From Bdellovibrionota bacterium (GTDB lineage Bacteria > Bdellovibrionota_C > UBA2361 > CALJRW01): a DNA stretch of 64,000 nt. This document shows, piece by piece, positions 1 through 9,913 of the stretch. The notes below the pieces were generated by a model that searched no databases, had not been told where the DNA came from, and was given only the letters and a program-made list of their open reading frames with translations. The position numbers and the translations under genes were made by a program. The stretch is from contig JBGSMD010000002.1 of assembly GCA_041740355.1 (NCBI GenBank), positions 18,070 through 82,069 on the forward strand, in the 5' to 3' direction. How positions within the stretch are numbered: position 1 is the stretch's first letter; each line of letters starts with the position of its first letter.

Positions 1-559
1 TAATAATTTTCGTTGGACATGAACTTGTAGTATCTAAACTTGGACTAGTAATAATTGGTAGATCGGCAGGATTTTCCAGATCAAAGCTTGTTGGAAGCGG
101 AGCTAATAAAGTGTGGCAATTAAGTTTGTCATCCAGCCCAAGAATCTTGGTTGGATTAGCTAGCTTAAGTCCCATCCAGACATAACCAGTTCTTATTGTA
201 TTAACTCCCCCAGCGCTAACTCCATCAGCAAAAAGTTCAACATCAATTACAAATTCTGCAGGAGTCAAAGAGTTTAATCTCAGTAAGTCGGTGATTAAAT
301 TTTTAATGTCTGGTAAGAGTACGGAGAAGGATTCCACACTATCAGGTAAGTATTGGACATTTGCTAAGCTGGTGCAGCTTGATGCCGTACTCACCCCAAC
401 AGCCGCTTGTTGTAGAATTCGACTAAGATTGGCGTTATCCCTCATGTAGCCGGCAAGCTCAATAATGCCGAATGCGGTAATTACTAGGAAAGAAGTCGCT
501 ATTAGGCCTTCGATCATTACCCCACCAAACTCCCTATATTTCCCTTTTGATTTAAACAC
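1..559 (-). CDS. TadE-like pseudopilin (runs off the window edge)
   Basis: Not in the ORF track. Manual translation from GTG at 559 gives MFKSKGKYREFGGVMIEGLIATSFLVITAFGIIELAG..., a G|xxxxE prepilin motif followed by a hydrophobic helix. Confidence 0.7.
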   Translation of the reverse strand, partial: MFKSKGKYREFGGVMIEGLIATSFLVITAFGIIELAGYMRDNANLSRILQQAAVGVSTASSCTSLANVQYLPDSVESFSVLLPDIKNLITDLLRLNSLTPAEFVIDVELFADGVSAGGVNTIRTGYVWMGLKLANPTKILGLDDKLNCHTLLAPLPTSFDLENPADLPIITSPSLDTTSSCPTKII

Positions 560-806
560 AGATAATATTGTACAATACTTGAAAGTAAATTGACCTAATA
601 TTTATTAGGCCTAATAAAATAATATAGTATACTAACTCAAAGCGTAAGATGAAATTATAGTAAAGATCTAAAAGATTTACTGTAATTTCAGCAATTTATT
701 GCGAGCAAAGAATATTAGATTTTATCCTTCGTTGCCTCGGGCAAAGTAGGACAAGCAATCTCACGCCTTTAAAAAATATACTCGACCAATTTTCAAAGAA
801 TGTTTA

Positions 807-1580
807 ATGCTTAATAAAGACAAAATCTCCGAAAGAAAGGCTAATTTACAAGCAGCCATCCATCAAAGACGGTTTTTATTGCCGAACTTGGTAACTTTGG
901 GGAATTTATTCTGTGGATTCCTTTCAGTAATTTATGCTAGCAGTGGCCGCTATGAGAAAGCTGTCTTAGCAATTTTTGTGGGAGCACTCTTGGATGCTCT
1001 CGATGGTCGAGTCGCAAGAAGGTTTAATGCCTCTTCTAAATTTGGTTTAGAGTTCGATTCCCTTGCTGATTTGGTTACTTTTGGAGTAGCGCCAGCATTC
1101 TTAATGTACCAATGGTGTTTCAAAACTAATGCCGATGAGTTTGGGGTGATTGTTTGTTTCGTGTATGTGATTTGCGCTGCCGCTCGTTTAGCAAGATTTA
1201 ATGTTGTTGATAGTGGTAGTAAGGATTTCACGGGCATGCCATCTCCTGCGGCGGCGGCGATGATCGTGTCAGTCGTGAATTTATTTCCAAGTATTGAGTT
1301 GCCCGAGTTTTCAGTTGCTATGGGTAGTGCTTATATTTTAATTGTAGCCTACTTAATGGTTTGTCGAATTCCATATTCTAGTGGTAAGAAATTTAAGTTT
1401 AAAAATCAAATTAGCTTTATCATTCTTGTGGGGGTTTTTATTGCGATGTTGTGGTACGAACCAAGGCTAACTGTGTTTTTAGTAGCATTAACTTACTGTC
1501 TCAGTGGGCCAGTCAAGCTTTTACCGTTTTTTAAAAGAAAAGCGTCCAAGTCCATTATCCCAAGTTCATCTACTAATTAG
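807..1580 (+). CDS. pssA: CDP-diacylglycerol--serine O-phosphatidyltransferase
   Basis: LPNLVTLGNL start and CDP-alcohol phosphotransferase motif DALDGRVARRFNASSKFGLEFDSLAD; RLARFN. Confidence 0.92.
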   Translation: MLNKDKISERKANLQAAIHQRRFLLPNLVTLGNLFCGFLSVIYASSGRYEKAVLAIFVGALLDALDGRVARRFNASSKFGLEFDSLADLVTFGVAPAFLMYQWCFKTNADEFGVIVCFVYVICAAARLARFNVVDSGSKDFTGMPSPAAAAMIVSVVNLFPSIELPEFSVAMGSAYILIVAYLMVCRIPYSSGKKFKFKNQISFIILVGVFIAMLWYEPRLTVFLVALTYCLSGPVKLLPFFKRKASKSIIPSSSTN

Positions 1581-2212
1581 TTTGGCGCTCTTCGATAGTA
1601 TTTAACTTCTGCCGGCATTAAGTTAAGCCAAATATTCTTTTTGCTTGTACGATCAAAGTAATGTTGATGGTCTAAGAATTTTCCTAACTCCCGACGACGC
1701 TTTTGTTCCTTAAGCGGGAGTATCTCACCTAGTTTTTTACAACCCCAATAAGAGAAGTAACTTAATTTTGTGTGTCGATTGGATAATTGATGAAATGTTT
1801 TAAAAATATCTTCCGCCAATTTTGCGGGAAGGTTCAAGAAAGGAATCGAGCAAATAATATAATCATAATGTTTTGCCTTACTAATGTCTTGAACTGGACC
1901 TTCAAAGATTTCGATATTTTTACGATTTTTGTGATAATTTTCATCTGTTTCCAAGTATTTGCGTAGAATATCACAAAGCATGGGGTTCATTTCGCAAAGC
2001 GTCAAATGATCCTGAGGACGTAGTTTTTTTAAGATTTGCTTAGATATTGGACCTGTTCCAGCACCTGCTTCCAAGATTCTTACAGGTCTGTTATCTTCTG
2101 GTGTAATTATTTCAGTTAGGGCTTTTGATAAGAAGCTTGAGCTGGGCATTAGAGTTCCTGTGGCCGCAAAATCTTTGGCCATGGACTTTAAAATTGCAAA
2201 TTGATTTTCCAT
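1577..2212 (-). CDS. SAM-dependent phospholipid N-methyltransferase (PmtA/OlsG-like)
   Basis: TGTLMPSS..L motif, SAM motif LEAGAGTG, C-terminal WLNLMPA. Confidence 0.7.
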   Translation of the reverse strand: MENQFAILKSMAKDFAATGTLMPSSSFLSKALTEIITPEDNRPVRILEAGAGTGPISKQILKKLRPQDHLTLCEMNPMLCDILRKYLETDENYHKNRKNIEIFEGPVQDISKAKHYDYIICSIPFLNLPAKLAEDIFKTFHQLSNRHTKLSYFSYWGCKKLGEILPLKEQKRRRELGKFLDHQHYFDRTSKKNIWLNLMPAEVKYYRRAPN

Positions 2213-2226
2213 ATTAATTACAGATT

Positions 2227-3645
2227 ATGATTTATAACTTTTTAGACACCAACCTTACTTTAGATTTTTCAAAATCTCAATTTACTGATTACTTGACTAA
2301 ATGCCCAACCTCGTTTTGGTCTAAAGCCTTAGCTGATTTACAGGCCTTAGAGTCAGGACAATTAGTTAATCGTAGCGAGAATCGAATGGTTGGTCATTAT
2401 TGGTTGCGGAACTCTGAGCTCAGCCCAACTGATAAAATTAAACAAGAAATTGATGGATTACTGGTTGAAGTTTCTGAATTTGTTAGGAAAATTGACGCTG
2501 GAACAATTCTTAGTTCTGCTGGTAAAGCCTATCAGACAATCTTACTTATTGGGATAGGTGGTTCTGCTTTGGGTCCACAATTTATTGCCCGGGCCTTACA
2601 GTATAAATCAAAACGAAAGCTTTTCTTCTTTGATAATACTGATCCCGAAGGCTTTGAAGATACGCTTAATTTAATCGGTGATTTGGATACGACTTTGGTT
2701 TTGGTCATTACCAAATCAGGTGGCACTCCAGAAACTGCTAATGGTTGGAAAGTTGCCGAGTATGCATTTGCCGAACAGGGTTTAAAATTCGCGCCGAATG
2801 CAGTTGCTGTCACGATGCCCGATAGTAAATTAGAAAAAATTGCCAAAGAAGAATCCTGGCTAAAGGTGATCCACCTTTCTGACTGGGTTGGTGGTCGCAC
2901 TAGTATTTGGTCTGCTGTTGGATTATTACCATTTGCTCTTCTAGGTTTTGATACTAAACAGTTGCTAGCCGGAGCAAAGGAAATGGATCTTTTGGGTCGT
3001 AAAACTGAAATCAAAGAAAACCCTTCTTTATTACTAGCTACCTATTGGCTTCAGGAAGCTGAGGGAAAAGGTGCGAAATCTTTAGTGGTTTTGCCATACT
3101 CGGATCGTCTAGAGTTATTTAGTAAATATCTGCAACAGTTAATCATGGAGAGCCTGGGGAAGGAGCACGATCTAAATGGTAATGTTGTGAACCAAGGAAT
3201 AAGTGTTTTTGGCAACAAAGGTTCAACTGATCAACATTCATATGTGCAACAACTTCGTAGTGGTGTAAATAATTTTTTTGGAATTTTTATTCGCCCACTG
3301 AAAGTTAATTCTAAGTATAATTTAAAACTGGGGGATAACTATGTCAGTGACTATTTAAATGGATTTCTGCTTGGTACTCGGCAGGCATTATTTGAAAATG
3401 GAAGAAATAGTTTGACTATCACTATTCCCGAAGTAAATGAATATTACTTGGGTATGCTCGTAGCTTTGTTTGAGCGCGCGGTAAGCTTTTATGCCAGCTT
3501 TGTTAATATTAATGCCTACGATCAGCCAGGAGTTGAGGCCGGGAAGAAAGCAGCAGATTATTATTTGAAAATGTTTAATAATTCTGAAGTTTCTAAGGAA
3601 TTAGATTTAGGGGATTCAAGTATGATATCCAAATTAAAAATTTAA
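2227..3645 (+). CDS. pgi: Glucose-6-phosphate isomerase
   Basis: GIGGSALGP, KSGGTPET, VGGRTS, MESLGK, GSTDQHS, YDQPGVEAGK. Confidence 0.95.
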   Translation: MIYNFLDTNLTLDFSKSQFTDYLTKCPTSFWSKALADLQALESGQLVNRSENRMVGHYWLRNSELSPTDKIKQEIDGLLVEVSEFVRKIDAGTILSSAGKAYQTILLIGIGGSALGPQFIARALQYKSKRKLFFFDNTDPEGFEDTLNLIGDLDTTLVLVITKSGGTPETANGWKVAEYAFAEQGLKFAPNAVAVTMPDSKLEKIAKEESWLKVIHLSDWVGGRTSIWSAVGLLPFALLGFDTKQLLAGAKEMDLLGRKTEIKENPSLLLATYWLQEAEGKGAKSLVVLPYSDRLELFSKYLQQLIMESLGKEHDLNGNVVNQGISVFGNKGSTDQHSYVQQLRSGVNNFFGIFIRPLKVNSKYNLKLGDNYVSDYLNGFLLGTRQALFENGRNSLTITIPEVNEYYLGMLVALFERAVSFYASFVNINAYDQPGVEAGKKAADYYLKMFNNSEVSKELDLGDSSMISKLKI

Positions 3646-3768
3646 CTTTTTGTATTAGCAAGGTAGCTATTGAGAGACTTAAATTGGATTTCAATTAGGT
3701 AAGCTTGAATCAAGTTTAAGTTGCAAAACTTTATTGTAATAATATTTTAGGCATGACGATTAAGGGAA

Positions 3769-3918
3769 TATTATAGTGATGACAAAAAATAAATTACGTA
3801 AAAATCAAATAGATTGAGTTGTTTTTTGTCATAACTATATAATTTTATTATCCCTCCGGGGGATAGAAAGCCCCAAAAAGTAATTTCCTTACGTAAATTA
3901 CTTTTTGGACTTTCTATA
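3769..3918. repeat. Dispersed ~150-bp structured element, family A copy 1 (MITE-like)
   Basis: Near-identical to 15249-15397 and 63859-64000. TATAG...CTATA ends; three hairpins. Confidence 0.9.
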
Positions 3919-4080
3919 TAGTAATTTGACTAGAAAAACAAAATATTGAAGTACAGCTGTAGCAGAGTTACAGCGAGCATCAATTATTTTGCTTTTGTCA
4001 GGCAAATTCAGTCAATTTGCTTATCGTAGTAGAATTCTTATGTCGAATTCAGGTTTTAAGGCTAATTTTAAGAGAATAGT

Positions 4081-5064
4081 CTACTTACTTCTTAAAAGGA
4101 TAAATTGAAGTAGTGATTCCAAGATCATTTTTGATTCTACACAATGCTTAGGGATGGAACTTGAGCATTCATTAAGCAAAGACTGAGCTTCTGTAATAAA
4201 ACTTTCAGCTAAATGCTGGCTAGCTGCTAAAATACCCTCTGATTTAATAGCAGCCAAATGCAATTCAATATCAATTTGTTTAACATCTGGTTTAGTTTTT
4301 AAGTCTTCCGCTAATGGATTTCCAGAATTTAACCAAAGGACATTTACTACCGAAGGCTTACGTTCCTTTAGATCTGTCCCTAGATTTTTGCCGAATTTGG
4401 CAACATTTGCAGAGACATCAAGAATATCATCAAGAATCTGAAATGAGATTCCTAACTTTTCACCAAATTGGGCAAATTTATCACAGATTTCGGGTGAGCA
4501 ACCAGCAATTTTGGAAGCGCTAAAACAGGCTAATCGAAACAGTGCGGCAGTTTTCTTTTTAGCAATTAATAAGCTTGATTCAATTGTATGAGAATCTTGA
4601 TGAAGTGCAGTTTCTAAGATTTCTCCTTCAGTTAAATCGGCACAAGCCAATTCTGTAGCTTTTACGATTGATGGATCGAGTAAACCACAAAGACCAAAAG
4701 CTTTGACAAGTAAAAAATCACCCGTAATAATTGTGTCATTAATGCCAAATTTTCGACAAGCCGTTAGTTGATTTCTTCGTAGTTCTGATTGATCAATAAT
4801 ATCGTCGTGAAGAATCGTAGCCAGGTGAATCATTTCAATACCAGCAGCAACATTAACTAGTTCAGGTTTTAGTTCGTTTAAGCCACAAAATTTAGCGACT
4901 AATAGTGTTAGTATCGGCCTAATTTGTTTTCCTTTTTGAGCAAATGAATAACTGGCGATCTCCGAAATTCTCGGAGCTTCAGATTCAATTGATTTTTCAA
5001 TCATTTGATTTACAGCTATGAGGCTAGGAAGTTCTTGAAGATATTTAAAATCAAAATTAGTCAT
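4081..5064 (-). CDS. Long-chain polyprenyl diphosphate synthase (IspB-like)
   Basis: GKQIRP, LHDDIID, ILDDILD, KKTAALF. Start moved to ATG 5064 because the longer ORF extension translates family-B repeat DNA. Confidence 0.88.
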   Translation of the reverse strand: MTNFDFKYLQELPSLIAVNQMIEKSIESEAPRISEIASYSFAQKGKQIRPILTLLVAKFCGLNELKPELVNVAAGIEMIHLATILHDDIIDQSELRRNQLTACRKFGINDTIITGDFLLVKAFGLCGLLDPSIVKATELACADLTEGEILETALHQDSHTIESSLLIAKKKTAALFRLACFSASKIAGCSPEICDKFAQFGEKLGISFQILDDILDVSANVAKFGKNLGTDLKERKPSVVNVLWLNSGNPLAEDLKTKPDVKQIDIELHLAAIKSEGILAASQHLAESFITEAQSLLNECSSSIPKHCVESKMILESLLQFILLRSK

Positions 5065-5077
5065 ATTAGTATGAGTT

Positions 5078-5176
5078 TTAAACCCACGGTTATTCATTTT
5101 TTTCAAAAATGAATAACCGTGGGTCAGCAAAATAATGGCCTAGCTATTTTTTACCGTAGAAAATAACACCAAACCC
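5078..5176 (-). repeat. Family B element, partial (3' half) diverged copy
   Basis: Reverse complement gggtttggtgttattttctacggtaaaa...ttttgctgacccacggttattcatttttgaaaaaaatgaataaccgtgggt aligns to 22973-23074. Confidence 0.7.
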
Positions 5177-5220
5177 TCCTTTCTTATATTTGGTATTTTC
5201 AAACAATATAAGCGGAGTGT

Positions 5221-6753
5221 TTATTCCCAACCTAAACCTTCAGAGACCCAAGAGATGGCTGATAGATATTTACTTTCAGTCGGAAAAATTTTGCAGAAAC
5301 TATTGGTTTTCGCAAGTGATGCATCTGTTAGACGTTTAGAATCCCCAACGGTCACTACTTTTGCTTCAGGATAAATAGAAAGAATTTCTTGTAAGTCTTG
5401 TAAACAGTTTTCGATCTTCTCATCGGCTAACATAATCAAATCTACTCGTTTAAAGTTAATCTGATACCAAGAAAGTGCCTCTGTTGAATCCATAAAAACT
5501 CTAGAGTCCATTGCTGCTGCAGAAAAATAAAGCTTGCAAACCTCAATTTGCGATAAGTCTGGTTCAATCACCATGACTAAACCCTTACAGTCAGATTTAC
5601 GATTATGTTTAAGACTTTCCTTAGAAAGCGGTAGAAAGATTTTAAAGCAAGTGCCTTTGCCAAGCTTAGATTCCACAGTAATCGATCCTTGGTGAGCTTT
5701 AATAATGGAAAAAACAATACTTAAACCAAGGCCCAATTTGTTGGCTCTTTTCTTAGTAGTAAAAGTTGGATCAAATAAGGAGTTTAAATGCTCTGGCGCA
5801 ATTCCTAAGCCTTGATCAGTAATCGTAATGCAGGCAAAGCGGGAATCGTTGTTTTGAAGTATAGGTGGTAAGTCCCAACTGTTTGGAATTGATAAGGCTA
5901 GTTTAATTTTACCACCATTAGGCTGTGCTTCCGTAGCATTAATAACTAAATTAGCCAATGCTTGACGGATCTCAGAAGGGTTTAAATCAACATAAATGGG
6001 CTCACTGGAATCAACCATGGAAACTACACGACTCTTGGAGTCACTTGCTTGGTTCAGGAAATTAGTAGAATCAATAATTAAATCTACTAGATTACACTGG
6101 GGAATAATTTTTATTTCGGCAGGAGAAAAGGCTAGCAAGTTATTGATAAACTGTTGAGATTTCGTGAGGAGCGATTGGCACTTATTAATTTTCTTACAAC
6201 ATTTTTCTTCTTTTAAATCTTTTTCCATCTGGTTTAATAGATCGGAAATCTTTTCCAGATTTGTCCCTAAACCATGAGCAACATTTGCGGCGAGTGCTCC
6301 CAGAGATAACAACTTTTGATCACGGAGGTGATCTTTCTCAATGCTCTGCAAGCTTTTTTCAGATTTCCGTCTTTCACAAGCGTAATAAATAGATCGGTAT
6401 AGGAAATCTGGCATGATCTTTCCCAGGATCAAATAATCGGCAGCTCCGGCACGCAGCAATCTTAAATCACGATCTTTTGATTTTCCGTCAGAAAGAATAA
6501 CGACTGGAAGGAGAAGCGATTCGTCATTGATTAATTCCAAAATGGCGAAAGTGTACTTACCTAGACTTTGATCGTCAAAAAGACAAACATCATAATTATT
6601 ATCAAGTTGCTCTAAACCAGCTTGATAATTACGAGCCCAGAAAATTTCAGATTTGAAACCTTGAACCCGTTGCAAAAGGACTGTGATTTGAAAATAAATT
6701 TCTTCCGATTCTGAAACAAAAAGGATCTTTCTGGGCTTAAAGTTTTGAATCAC
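5221..6753 (-). CDS. Hybrid sensor histidine kinase (REC-HisKA-HATPase-degenerate REC)
   Basis: N-terminal receiver (GAADYL), H-box VAHGL, NLVINA, DQGLGI, FTTK, GLGLS. Confidence 0.85.
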   Translation of the reverse strand: MIQNFKPRKILFVSESEEIYFQITVLLQRVQGFKSEIFWARNYQAGLEQLDNNYDVCLFDDQSLGKYTFAILELINDESLLLPVVILSDGKSKDRDLRLLRAGAADYLILGKIMPDFLYRSIYYACERRKSEKSLQSIEKDHLRDQKLLSLGALAANVAHGLGTNLEKISDLLNQMEKDLKEEKCCKKINKCQSLLTKSQQFINNLLAFSPAEIKIIPQCNLVDLIIDSTNFLNQASDSKSRVVSMVDSSEPIYVDLNPSEIRQALANLVINATEAQPNGGKIKLALSIPNSWDLPPILQNNDSRFACITITDQGLGIAPEHLNSLFDPTFTTKKRANKLGLGLSIVFSIIKAHQGSITVESKLGKGTCFKIFLPLSKESLKHNRKSDCKGLVMVIEPDLSQIEVCKLYFSAAAMDSRVFMDSTEALSWYQINFKRVDLIMLADEKIENCLQDLQEILSIYPEAKVVTVGDSKRLTDASLAKTNSFCKIFPTESKYLSAISWVSEGLGWE

Positions 6754-6918
6754 AGGTTCATTATAAACAGGGGATGTTAGTTATTTTGATATATAACAAA
6801 ATCCCTTTTAGGTTTTAAAAGTTTTATCATGAACAGAATCTTCTGTAAATTTAAGGGATATAAGTATTCTCAGGTTATTGAACGGCCTTTGGCTAAAACT
6901 TACTAGGATCTTACTGTT

Positions 6919-9357
6919 CTAGCGAGACAATCTAACAATATCATCTGCGATTTTTTCAAAGGCTTTAACAATAGAAAAATTTTCATCTGCAGCGGAATAT
7001 GTCCCTTGTAATTTACTATCTGTTGATTTGGTATTATCAAATGCTGGAACTACTAGAGCTTTTTTACTACTGACTCCTAGTTGATTAACCTGATTAATCA
7101 CAATATCGGTTCGTCCTGCTATTCTACCTAAAAGAAAGTCTTTTCGGGAAATAGCATCTAAATAGTTTTGGTAGGGAGAAGGATCCATTACACATCCACT
7201 GGTCGCTGTGAAAGAGCCACTAACAAATTGCGGTTGACAAGGGTCAGCTTCACCAAAACCGATGGTATGAACTGTCCCGTTATTTTGACGCATAATATCG
7301 GCATAGTATATTGGAACATTATAAAAAATTTTCATCCATTCATCATCAAGAGTTGATATTGTTGATAAACAATCTGGCGGGGGGGAGACAGGAAGAGAAG
7401 TTGAATATTTATTGGTAAAAATTTTCTTACCACTTCCAGAGGGAGGAATACAATCAAGGGTAGTTTTATCAGAGGTAATGTTTGCTTCGTAGATATCAAT
7501 TGGTTGAATAAACTTTATATTTGGCCCAGACATAGTGTTGTTGAATTTAAAAATATTACCTTTTAAATCAACAATATCGATACTATCAGTTAATGCTCCT
7601 GGGCTCCAAAAATTACCATAAGTTGAAATATTTTCGGGATCTGGAATGCCCGCACCTGGAAATAACAATGAGTTATAAGCTGCAGTCTTTGTATCATCAA
7701 CTTGCAATCCATACAGTATACTTGGATTTGATGGTGTTCCAAAAGGGTCGGGATTTTCTTCAATTAGTAGCTGAGATTTAATAAAGGGACTTGGTGCCCA
7801 AACCGATCCACTAGAATCTACTTTGGGGCTGGTGCCGAGTGAAGAATACTGCTGATAGGAGCTTAGAATGCTCAGTAGAGTTACGTCATTATCCAGCGGG
7901 AGTGAGCCTAATTTTGACATGACCTCTGAATGTATTGCTTGATTTAAAAAACTTACACCAGGAAGAGTTGGGTCATCTAGTAAGATCCTTGTTGCGCTTG
8001 GAGCTCCATCAGTAAAAAGAACATAGTGAGTTTTAACGCGAACATTTCCATTGTCATCTGAATTGTAATGTAAATTATGAATATAACCACTAAGTAAGGC
8101 ATCTGAAGGATTAGTCCAGTCTCCTAATTTTAAATTTCCAGTTTGTTGCACGATATTTTGAAAGATGGTGTTAAGTTTTGCTTGATCATGAACCTCTCGA
8201 TCTTCATCTGGATCCCCAGCAATTTGTTGACCAACATCCCAATCCCCAACTAAATTATTAGGAGCAAGATTAGAAAAGGGTGTATTGATTGATTTATAAA
8301 CAAAAGAACTGGAATTAAAAGGAATAATGGCAATATTATCTTTAAATGGCCGAAATCTTTCCATAAAAGCATCTACCCCTTGGATTAGATGACTCATTTT
8401 ATTATCTAAACTAAATTTCGATGATAAATTAGGATCTGGATTAATAGTATTAACAATATAATTCCCAGTAGTGGTATTAGGTGCTACTTGATTATATTTA
8501 TTCGGACAAGAGGTTGTATCTGTAATTAAGCAACCACAGTAACATGTCCTATTAATCTCAAATTTTACATCATTGTGATAAATTTCATCCGCTAAATTCC
8601 CAGGCTCAGGTTCTCCAAGTTTTCTGCCAATAAGCGGAAATTCGGTTATCTCTGTATTAGTTCCTCGTTGGATTCTTTGCCTTTTGCCCATGGCATCTGC
8701 GCAGTCGGCTTTTAATAACGGGTCCTGATAATAAGTGTAACTTACTGGACACATCATAGAATTTGATAAGTCAATCATCAAAACAATTTGTACCGGAGAA
8801 ATAGCACCTGTAGAGAGTCCCGATGTTTTAAAACTGTCCTTATTTCCTGTCCCCCCTAATAACTGATTAAGACCTGTGGTCATTAATAAATTATCACGCT
8901 GCAGATCTCTAAATTCAACCTGTAGGCCCTCCGTATTGTTATTTGCAGCAGTTGGTCCTTCGAACTGAACATAAACATCTGTTTCATCTAAAAGACCTTG
9001 AAATTTTGGGATGCTAAAAAGTACATTATTTCGAGCAACTTCTCGGGCTCTTTGAATTACAGATTTCTGCATAGGTCCTAGGCCAAGTGGCTCTGTAACA
9101 AGAGAGGCATTGGCGACTTCAAAACCATACTGGTCAAATGCGGTATGTAGGCTCGCTTGAAAACCTTTCTTCACTCGGTACTCAAGCCCAGCTACGACGC
9201 CAGCATCTGTAGCTTTCTTATACTGAAGGTTAGTATAAAACATGTTGGCAGCATCAATGCTTAGAGCTGCCACTCCTAATAAAGCAATAATTCCTAATGC
9301 CATGAGTGGAAGATATGCTCCGCACTGATTATTTTTTTTAGACAATAGTCGCATCAT
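6919..9357 (-). CDS. TadG-like vWA-domain pilus adhesin/pseudopilin
   Basis: N-terminal G-A-Y-hydrophobic Tad domain (ATDAGVVAG), MIDAS DLSNS, LFTDG, TIGFG. Confidence 0.8.
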   Translation of the reverse strand: MMRLLSKKNNQCGAYLPLMALGIIALLGVAALSIDAANMFYTNLQYKKATDAGVVAGLEYRVKKGFQASLHTAFDQYGFEVANASLVTEPLGLGPMQKSVIQRAREVARNNVLFSIPKFQGLLDETDVYVQFEGPTAANNNTEGLQVEFRDLQRDNLLMTTGLNQLLGGTGNKDSFKTSGLSTGAISPVQIVLMIDLSNSMMCPVSYTYYQDPLLKADCADAMGKRQRIQRGTNTEITEFPLIGRKLGEPEPGNLADEIYHNDVKFEINRTCYCGCLITDTTSCPNKYNQVAPNTTTGNYIVNTINPDPNLSSKFSLDNKMSHLIQGVDAFMERFRPFKDNIAIIPFNSSSFVYKSINTPFSNLAPNNLVGDWDVGQQIAGDPDEDREVHDQAKLNTIFQNIVQQTGNLKLGDWTNPSDALLSGYIHNLHYNSDDNGNVRVKTHYVLFTDGAPSATRILLDDPTLPGVSFLNQAIHSEVMSKLGSLPLDNDVTLLSILSSYQQYSSLGTSPKVDSSGSVWAPSPFIKSQLLIEENPDPFGTPSNPSILYGLQVDDTKTAAYNSLLFPGAGIPDPENISTYGNFWSPGALTDSIDIVDLKGNIFKFNNTMSGPNIKFIQPIDIYEANITSDKTTLDCIPPSGSGKKIFTNKYSTSLPVSPPPDCLSTISTLDDEWMKIFYNVPIYYADIMRQNNGTVHTIGFGEADPCQPQFVSGSFTATSGCVMDPSPYQNYLDAISRKDFLLGRIAGRTDIVINQVNQLGVSSKKALVVPAFDNTKSTDSKLQGTYSAADENFSIVKAFEKIADDIVRLSR

Positions 9358-9910
9358 ATAAAAAATCCCCGGCTACAAATGGTAGATTAAAAATTGTATT
9401 AATAAAAACTAATATTGGAGAATAGGGAACATAACATTCACTAAAAACAATTGCTTGATGCCGATCCAAATTTGAAAAACTGGTCTTTATCTTACCATCA
9501 TTACCAAGTAGCAATGGAAGTCTACTAACGGTATCTGGGTGTTTAGAAATGTATTGTGGAGTGACGCTCCATGTTGCTCGGTCGACAAGATTAATTCGAT
9601 CTGAATTTGCTATCATGTAAGTGACGGCTAATTTAGTTCCCGGAACAATAGACTGTAAATATTCTTCAAAATTAGTTCTTTGAGAATTTAAACAAGTTGG
9701 CAACTGACTAGAATCTTCAGGGCAATCTCTTTTGATAATATTGGCAAATTCTTTACTAGCACTGGACGCAATTGTAAGATGATGAATTGCTCTGGTAAAT
9801 TCGAAGACAGTGAGAGAAATTACAAAAATAATAGGTAAAATTAAGGCTAGTTCCACAAGAACCGAACCCTGATTTGAATTTATTTGTGATGAAAAATTTA
9901 GTTTTGACAT
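9338..9910 (-). CDS. TadE-family pseudopilin
   Basis: QGSVLVELALILP prepilin motif. Confidence 0.85.
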   Translation of the reverse strand: MSKLNFSSQINSNQGSVLVELALILPIIFVISLTVFEFTRAIHHLTIASSASKEFANIIKRDCPEDSSQLPTCLNSQRTNFEEYLQSIVPGTKLAVTYMIANSDRINLVDRATWSVTPQYISKHPDTVSRLPLLLGNDGKIKTSFSNLDRHQAIVFSECYVPYSPILVFINTIFNLPFVAGDFLYDATIV

Positions 9911-9913
9911 TTA

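Noticed and set aside
601-618. 18-bp perfect palindrome tttattaggcctaataaa between tadE-like and pssA
   Set aside because: Could be an operator, but it is single-copy and AT-rich; no function can be supported.
3769-3918. Integron attC or parS interpretation of family A
   Set aside because: No RYYYAAC/GTTRRRY core pair, no cassette array, no TGTTTCACGTGAAACA-like sequence.
5065-5130. N-terminal extension of the polyprenyl synthase
   Set aside because: Derived from the family B hairpin; ATG 5064 fits better.
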